A program made the position numbers and the translations under genes. From NCBI GenBank assembly GCA_012295275.1, contig CM022667.1:4898001-4962000 (forward strand): 64,000 nt of DNA. The letters are read 5' to 3'. Positions 55,108-64,000 of the stretch are shown piece by piece; the stretch's first letter is position 1; each line of letters starts with the position of its first letter. Below the pieces are notes generated by a model. It did not search any database and was not told the DNA's origin. It saw only the letters and a list, made by a program, of their open reading frames with translations. This DNA is from Chrysomallon squamiferum. Its lineage: Eukaryota; Animalia; Mollusca.

Positions 55108-57966
55108 TTAGTATTATAATTTTTTATTTTCCTTATTTATGCCTTTATTCTTTTAACTTTTTTAAATCTTGTTTTTCATAATTCTTTTCTAATATTTATT
55201 TATTTTTTAAATACATACTTTTGGGGTTTTTATTATAATTATTTATTTATTTACATTCCTTGTTTTTGTATAGAAAATTCAGTTACTAGCATATTACATG
55301 TGACATAAAAGTATATTTATTTTTGTTTCCTTTTATATAGACATAATAATAGGGTATATACATGTATATTTTTTATTTCATTATTATTTTTCCACTTTAT
55401 TTTTTTTCTTAACTTATAAAGTATGATTGTAATAAAATGAACCTGACTTAACACTTGAGAATTATAAGCATGTGTTACTGTGGCTAAAACAAAAAAAATG
55501 TTATATTTAATTATAAAATAATTTCATGTAATGATTGTATGAAAAGAACGAACGTTTGTGATGTTTCCTATTGTCATATTATCTACTATATTCATACTTA
55601 TCTACCTCCTACCTTTTCCATCTACCTATATACCTAGATACCTAGATACCTTCCAATACCAGTCTACCAGCCACTTACTAAGGCATATTTGTTGACCTAC
55701 CTGTACTCTGTATATTACCTGTACATACATATGTTTATGGTACTTTGTATACATTGTTTTTGTAATAGGTATTTGAATTCAGTGACTTATGAAAATAATG
55801 TATATGTCACTAATCTTCAAATCTGTCTCTGTGAGTTTTTAAATGACTTGTATTTTTATAAATTAAAGTATTTGGGAAAAAAAATATTACAAAATTAGTC
55901 ATGATGTATTTAATTTCAGAAACGTATGAATTCCACTTAACAAGGTATTAATAGTATTACTGTAATTATTATTCATTTATAATTATTATGACTTATTTAT
56001 TAGGTGTCTTTTTATATTATTATATGATTATTATTATTTATTATTATTATTACTGTTACTATTTTATTATTATTATTTTAAATTATATCAAATTTCTGTT
56101 TAAATGAATGTTTTTGTTTTTCGTGTCCTTGTCTCATATTAAACCTAATTAAATGTTTTTCAGAGTGCTGCACAGATTCATATTTCTATTAATAACAGAT
56201 TTACTTGAAAATAAAACCATATATTTACAGTGTACTTTCTCTATGAATGTACACATAAAAAAAAAAATCTGCTTATTATTTCAAATTGTAAAATTGGTTG
56301 TGTTTTCTCTGAAGACTTTTGTAAAAAAAAAAATACTAATCAGTCATTGTAAAAAAAAAAAAAAAAAAAAGATCATGCATGTAATTTTATATTCAAATCA
56401 GAGTATTTAAAATATTTATATGTGTATATCAAATCGGCTAGGTGCTTGAGAGAAAAATGTTTTCTTTGAAGATTACACATTAAGATTTTTGTTTTTAAAC
56501 ACTGATGATGTAACATTAATAGCCAGTAATAAAACGTGACCAGTAAATTTCAAAATGTCATTAAACAAATTTGTTTCAGTTCTGTTATGGCCAGTTTGAA
56601 AAAAAAAAAAAAAAAAAAAAAAGACTATATAGGATATTAAATTAATATATTTGTGTGTGTGTGTGTGTGTGTGTGTGAGTAGTTAGTTAATTATATTTTC
56701 TTTGCTGATTCAGATCAAAGAAATCCTGTTTAATTCCAGTTTTGTTGAGTTTGTGGATTTTCTTCATTATAAATTGTTTGTTTTTTTTCAACCATAAAAT
56801 TTGATGTTTGTTTGCTTTATTTTTCTTTCTTTCCTTTCTTTCCTTATATTTTTTTCTTTCCTGTCGTTTTTAATTTTATTGAATTAAATGTAAATCATTT
56901 ACTACATCAAATGTTTGTTGCTATTTGGAAAATTTGTAATAAAGTTTGCCTTGTGATTTAATTGCAGTTGTTACCATGGTGATACTACACATTGCAGTAT
57001 GATGTAATATAACTGTTACCATAGGAACAACAACACATTCCTCTTGCTATATAATTTGTAAAACATTTGTTACTGTGGTGATAATATTATTATTGATGTA
57101 ATGCATGCTTCATGCATTTGTTTTGTTATCATTTCTGTTTCATGAAATGGCATTTTGCTAATTTTGTAAATTCACGGCAGCACAATGGATTTTTGCTAGC
57201 TTTTTTTCTTGGTTTTATTTTTTTGGTATATTTTTTAAATGATCATGTAAAGTATGTTTAGGCAATATTTCAAATAAGAGTATTTTAATCATTATTATTC
57301 AGATATTATTCTTATTTGAAAACTGGAAAAAAAATGCTATTAAATTAAGAAGAAGAAAGTTAAAGTTTATATTAATTATTTTTGAAAGCATACTGAATAA
57401 ATTAAAAAGACTTATATATATATATATATATATATACAATTCCAATATAATTATAGTATTTTTATCTGGAATGAAAATAATTCTGTGAAATTGAAAGTTT
57501 TTGTGCACATATATATATATATATTCATTAAAAATAAACAAAACATTCCTGAACAGCTGTTTTAAAAATATATATTTATACATAAACTGGATTACTTAAT
57601 ACACTGTGTAATATATTTCTTTATGCTGTTATTTCATATTAATAATAAAATTTGCATGTGATGTTATCTACCAGAATGTGTAATTATTTTAAAACAAATT
57701 GTATATATTTTTATTTACTGCTTTTCAAGATAGTTTACATAAAAGCTGTTTAAGTTTGATATTTATTTGTACAGTGTGTCAGTTGGTGTGAATTTAACAC
57801 ACTGGTATGCATGCATGCTGAATATTTTTGTCCCTTTGTTGAGATATTTGTTGAATAAAATTATTTTAAAATCACTTCTCAATTTCCTTTGTGTATAATA
57901 TCCATTTATAAAATGAAAACCCTGCATATTTTCACATATATGTAATATAAATTACTCTCATTCGCT

Positions 57967-58003
<37 letters not shown>

Positions 58004-58684
58004 AATAATAATAATAATCATAGTATTAGCTATACTTCTTAGAAAACCATTAGGATAAATGACATTTCTTTTCAATTATCTGGAGCAGTCCCATTCCTTC
58101 CCAGTCTTTCTAATTTATCAACATGTTAAGTGAAAGAATGGAAGAACTGCAAGTTAATGCTGATTGTCCTGAAGGGAGCAAAAACACTGGAAACCACAGA
58201 GTGTAACATACAACTCTTTAGATTGTCAACATCACACACTGATTTATTTCTTATTGTCAGCTTGATTTGTCACACTAATGTTACAACTTTTTTTACATTA
58301 TGGAGAAAAATAAGCATTATTTGTTTTATTATTATTATTATTATTATTATCAAAATTTAGTAATTTCAGTAATAACAAATCAACAAGTTACAATAAGAAT
58401 TGTTATTATTCAAATTTTAGTAATTTTATTAACAATAACAAACATCAACAAATTGCAATAAAAATTTAACATTGGATAATTTGTTCAACACACCAAATAA
58501 ACATTTAAATAATATTAAAATAAATAATTTTTGATAATTAAAAAAAAATTTTTTATCACTTTTCACTATGATCATCTAATTAAATTCAATGAAGGAATGT
58601 TTTAATTTGCTCATCTATAAATTAACAATTACAAATGAATGAAGTGTAAAAATTCAACACTGGAAGACTTGATAAATAAATTAT

Positions 58685-61344
58685 TTATGTTTTCTCTTCA
58701 ACATTGTCATCTTTTGATTTGCTGGAATCAGCAGCTGCAGATTCTGCTGTATGTTTGCTGTCTTCACTCAAATCTGAGTCCTGTCCTTTCGAAACCTCAA
58801 CATCAGTTTTATCTGGTTTGTCTTTCTCTGGAGTCACATCCACTGACTCTGTTGTTTTATCAACATTTTGTTTCACTGACATGTCTGCTGGTTCAGTTTT
58901 ATCAGCAGAATCACTGTCCACTGTCTGTCTGTTATCACGTCTGTCAGCTGAACTGACATCAGTGTTTTTACCTGCGTTGAAATAGTCGCTGGTTTTGAAA
59001 ATCGCTGGTGCTTGGAATGTTGTCTGTTGCGAAACTTTGCTCTCCAGAGATGGTCTTCTCTTCTGTTAAATAGTAATAATATAATAAACATTGGAATAAT
59101 ACTAATACAGTAACAATTAATTTTATAACATCTAAAAATAACAGAAAATAAGTAAAAAGCTATTTTCAGTGAAAGTAGTGTAATCATATCTCTTTTCAGA
59201 CCTATCTATTTAAATAATCTTTTATCCTCTCTTGAAGAACTGACAGTTATTAGTGAAAATAATCACACAGTATATTCTTGATGACACATATTTATATTGT
59301 TTATGTGTTGAATAACCTAAAAGTAAACTGAATTATATCAATAAGTTTATAACCTCTCAAAGCTGATTAGATTAAAGAAGTTGATTTAAATGTAAACTGA
59401 ATTATAACAGTAAGTATATTCTCTCTTGAAACTGAAGCTAAAGTAGATTAAAAAAGTTGATTTAAATGTAAACTAAATTAAACTAATAAGTTTGTACTCT
59501 CTTGAAGCTGAAGTAGATTAAAGAAGTTGATTTAGTTACTGATTTAGCATTATGTTTTTGTTTTGAACTAGCTGTGTTGTTTAACACACGATGGTGAGAG
59601 TGTTGTGACAAACAGCTGAGGAGTGACACAGTGACTGTGAGTTACTCACTGGAGTAACGATACTTGTGAGTTTCTTCATCAGTCCACCGAACGACCCGCG
59701 CTGCTGCTCCTCTGCTCTGCTCACCTCCTCCTCCATGACAGCCACGTTCTGTCGAACTACAGCAATAAACGCCTACAACAACAGCAGGTTTGTAGAAAAA
59801 ACTTTAAAAATGTGAATGTCCAACTACAGCAATAAACCCCTACAACAACAGCAGGTTTTTTAGAAAAAACGTAAAAAATCTGAATGTCCAACTACAGCAA
59901 TAAATGCCTACAACAACAGCACTTTTTTTAGAAAAAAACAAACATGAGAATGTCCAACTACAGCAATAGTCTTTTTTTTTTAGAAAAAACATAAAAATCG
60001 TAAAAAATGTGAATGTCAAACTACAGCAACACAGTTGTTTTTTAGAAAACTGGACAATATATTTAGCTGACCCTTCATCTCATTTTAATACTGGCTTATT
60101 AAATGGTGCTAATTGCAACCTTCTTTGTTTATTTGGTGCTAAAAGACAGGAATCGTGCTTCAGATGGCCACTTTAAGAGGCTATTTTGATGGATTAAAAA
60201 CAAGATATGTTTTATACAGTTTGACAGGAGGACAAATCTTTGATAAACAAGTTGATGGGAACAGGCAAGAACATGAAATAACTGTGAATAAATAAATAGG
60301 TAAATCAATTTTTAAAATGTTTGAAAAGTATAAGAAAAGAAATTTAAGTGAAAAAAATACATTAAAATTTTACAAACTTTATAAATATGAAGTCATTTAA
60401 TGTGATACAAAAAAATTATGTATAAATTATGTGTCTGTTTCTGTAATATGACATTAAAATGTAGGTATGGTTGTATGTAAGTCTAAGTTTTCTCATTGTG
60501 ATATGTATGTGTGTACAGTTTAAAAACATGCAATACCTCGAGTTTGTCAACTTTCTCAAACACAGCGTTCATTTTACGACAGTTAAGTTCAATGTCTGGA
60601 AGTGTTTTTGTCAAAGAGAGAGATATATCACTTCTTATCTGAAAAAAAAAAAAAAATAATATCAAAAAATATTTAATAATATTATTATTAAAATAAAATA
60701 TATAAAATTCACTTAATGACCATAGATAAGGTATGAGTGTATAGTGTATTTATGTGTGAGAGTATGTATTCTGTAATTATATATACAAATATATATATGG
60801 GTGTTGGTGTGTGTGTATGTGTGTGTCTCTGAATTGATATCTGTATTACATTAATATAAATGCTTGTTTTATTATCTGTTTTCAATTACCCATATACAGA
60901 TAATAATAAATTTCTGAGTGTAAATAAAGAATGATTAAAAATGTGTATTACCATGTCCATCAAACTGCAGAATTCTTCCAACTTTGTCAACATATCTTCT
61001 ATACTGTCAGAAAACTGGTTTTGCTAAAATAAAATAAAATAAAGAAATAAATAAATAAATAAAATGAAACAAAAGAAAGAAAGAACAAAACTGTTAATTC
61101 TGTCTGCCTGGTAATAGGCTAGATTTGATGTAAGATAAAGATATAATTTTACTTTATAAGTTTATATCATTTGTAACAGAATTTCAATTTAGCCTGCCTC
61201 TTTTGAAAGATCAAAATTTAGAAACTGGTTATAGTCGGCTGCAAGCTGTTCTATTAGTTGTTCATCGTCCTCAGTTGAAGAATCTGGAGTCAGTGAGCGC
61301 TTTTCTAATTCCGATTTCACAGACACTTCGTTTTTCAGCTCCAT
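58685..61344 (-). CDS. BLOC1S4: BLOC-1 complex subunit 4 (cappuccino/CNO) with an acidic C-terminal extension
   Basis: Exons 61344-61198 (GC donor), 61023-60952, 60638-60537, 59772-59650, 59062-58685: MELKNEV...EQLAADYNQFL...DSIEDMLTKLEEFCSLMDMIRSD...VFEKVDKLEAFIAVVRQNVAVMEEEVSRAE...FQAPAIFKTSDYF..., matching recalled CNO motifs (LTRLDEF..MLDMIR; IDRLEAFV; P.LFRTEDYF). Confidence 0.85.
59755..60030 (-). repeat. Tandem ~65-70 bp copies of the BLOC1S4 exon 4 acceptor and exon start
   Basis: aactacagcaataaacgcctacaacaacagc (on -: gctgttgttgtag|gcgtttattgctgtagtt) at ~59755 (real), ~59822 and ~59890, with partial copies at ~59956 and ~60019. Confidence 0.9.
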
Positions 61345-61538
61345 TCTCGTGATCCAAACATCAACTTCCTGTTCAAAGTTTGACAGTTCTCCTTCCAAGG
61401 GAAATAACTCTCAAAAGCTTTAATGCCATTCGCAGTAAATTGAGAAATGTAATTATAAGTGAACAAGTGAAAAATAAATTTGCATGAAAACAGAGAACAC
61501 ATGGTGTTATTATTTAAAAATTCTGATAATTTCATTAA

Positions 61539-61589
<51 letters not shown>

Positions 61590-62052
61590 TATTTATTCAT
61601 TTTTAGAGATGTTAGCGTTATTTGTAGATAATCGTTACAACAGCATTTATGTATCCTGAATGTTCAAAATGTAAAATGAATTGTATCGATAACTGTTTGT
61701 CGAGACAAATCGTACTACAGTTTAACCTGTATCAGGATACAACAACAACAACAATAGTAGTAGTAACAAAAAATTGATGAGTATATACATTTTGTAGTTT
61801 GTCATCCTAACTTATAATTTATCCCTCAATAGCTTTGCGTGACACGACCAGTTTATCAAACGTCACAAAGAAAGTCTCTGTAATAAAATATTCTTGCTGC
61901 TTGTAAACAAAGAGGAATTTTTACAGTTAGTTTCCTCTTTCGTTATCTGCATTTTAAATATAAAATATGCTGAGTGCTTTTCTTCCTTCCATTTAGCTAT
62001 TTTTGTTAGGATACTTACCTACAAAAAAAGTCTTCAAATAAACACGCGTATG

Positions 62053-62164
<112 letters not shown>

Positions 62165-62296
62165 GCTTGCTTTAATTTTGTCTATGAATCTGCTGAAATG
62201 GGGAAATAGTTTCAAATAAAGATTTAAATTAAAAGAAAAGAAAAACTCCACATCTATTATTTTCAAGACGCCTAATCATCATCATCATCATCATCA

Positions 62297-62364
<68 letters not shown>

Positions 62365-63169
62365 TACAGAATGTTTGGAAGCCTTTTTATCGTTAGGTTT
62401 CACACTACTATTTTTCTTTTGTATTTTAATAATTTTCTGATATTAAAGTTTACAAGGTCGTCTGAAGGTCTCCTAAAAGCGGGAATTAATTGCAGTCGGA
62501 TACAGACGTGCTTTACGATCTAGCACTTAAAAATAAAATATGTTTGTCTGATTAATCGTTCTGGCATAAAGAGAAACTCGCGAAACGACGAGGCGTCACT
62601 TTCCACCATTAAGTATTGGCACACTCGAAAGTTATGTCTTTTCAACCGTTTTCGTTCGTCTGCCACTAGACTGAAATTCTATCACGTTACGTGTGAATAA
62701 AAGGCGCTGTATTGCTTAAGGTTGCTGTTCACAACTTAGGAGGGACGTGTATGTATGTGTGTCTGCGTATATGTACACATAAACACATATGCATTTTCAA
62801 ATTAAAGTTAATTTTATGTAGTATTACAAACATACTGCGGAGTATAAAATTATTGGTGATGAACAGTTTTCTTGAATGAATGTGAATTTTATTATGTATT
62901 CCAGTGGTATCTCTTTACGTTGTTCTTTCTATATTTTCATTATTTTATTTTTAATTTTTATTTTGATCAGAAAAATAAAACAGATCTATCGTATTTATTT
63001 ATTCGCTGTTGTTGTTGTTGTTGCGAACGTACATACAAGCAGTGAAAAACTAAACAAAAAAAAACAAGTATTATATTATATCATCAATATATTTATTTCA
63101 TTTTATTTGTTTAAAAACTTTAAGAAAAATAAAACAAACAAAATACTTCCTCAGTATTCATTCAACAAA

Positions 63170-63335
63170 TGCAAATTCAAAATGGCGGAAGGATTGTCGT
63201 AATTGTCTCCGTTTTCATTCTGGATTGACGTCAGTGATTTTTTCTGCTGATTTTCCTTTAGATCGTCGAATGGAAAGAAAGAGATGGTTTAATGACCTCT
63301 CAGTCACAATTTAGACAGGTCACGTGCTGTCTGGT
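63170..63335. promoter_or_regulatory. Promoter-like motif cluster (YY1, CRE, E-box)
   Basis: AAAATGGCGG (~63179), perfect TGACGTCA (63226-63233) and GTCACGTG (~63319) in a CpG-richer patch. No associated gene could be identified inside the window. Confidence 0.45.
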
Positions 63336-64000
63336 TGACATCAGGGACGGTCTTTGTCGGCATTTCCTGTTTAATAATAATAATAATAGCTGTAGGTGTA
63401 GTAACAGTCGTAACAGAAGTAGCAGTTGTAGTAGCAGGAGCAATAGTGTAGTAGTTATAGAAGTATGATGTGCATATTAACGAAAATAATTATCATGAGG
63501 AATTTAATGATGATGATGGTGACGTATAGAATGATCATTCTAAATCATAAACTATTTTGATGATTTTTTTTCTTTTTGTGACAATGAAAGAAATCATTTT
63601 AAACTGATTTTTGTATAAGTAATCAAGCAAATTATATTAAACTAAATTAAATGATATATCTAAAGATTCTGTAACCTTCATTTCTGTCTCTTTTGTTGTT
63701 TGTGGGTTTTCCTTCTTAGTTTGTGTCGTTATTGTCGTCTGCAGTTGTTTGAACGTTGAGTCTAACTCTTCCGTTTTCGATTTGTTGTGGAAATTCAACT
63801 AGCAACAGAAGAATTATTTTAAAAATATAAATTAATAAAAGAAAATAATAACAAAAATAAATTAATAACTTTAGGAAATCAACGCCCTTTATATTGATGA
63901 ATATTATTTATTTATTATTTTTTGGTTTATTTTTAATGACATGATTATACAATAGACTCTTGTATAAAGAAAATCGTTGGATATCGTCTATTGTAATGAC

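Noticed and set aside
61345-61398. Upstream TTG start for BLOC1S4 given by the ORF track
   Set aside because: Non-ATG start in a eukaryote; the in-frame ATG at 61344 is the more plausible initiator.

Overview
AT-rich, microsatellite-dense animal genomic DNA with spliceosomal introns, most consistent with an invertebrate such as a lophotrochozoan (inference). It is not prokaryotic, so most ORFs in the track are microsatellite noise. Five intron-containing genes can be assembled by hand: (1) a WDR88-like WD40 gene (- strand, runs off the left edge), head-to-head with (2) the E3 ligase MARCHF6/Doa10 (+, 25 exons); (3) a PARP2-type poly(ADP-ribose) polymerase with two N-terminal WWE domains (-); (4) a Venus kinase receptor (VKR; +) with an extra betaine-binding-protein-like module, a Venus flytrap, a TM helix and an insulin-receptor-like tyrosine kinase; (5) BLOC1S4/cappuccino (-). 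The most striking unexplained pattern is repeated tandem duplication of splice junctions. In four genes the acceptor plus the first exon bases is copied 2-7 times upstream of the real exon, and a 1.65 kb 25-bp satellite carries CAG|GT in most units. Three reading-frame breaks (two in VKR, one in MARCHF6) are probably assembly errors but need checking. Exon coordinates were read by eye and may be off by a few bases.
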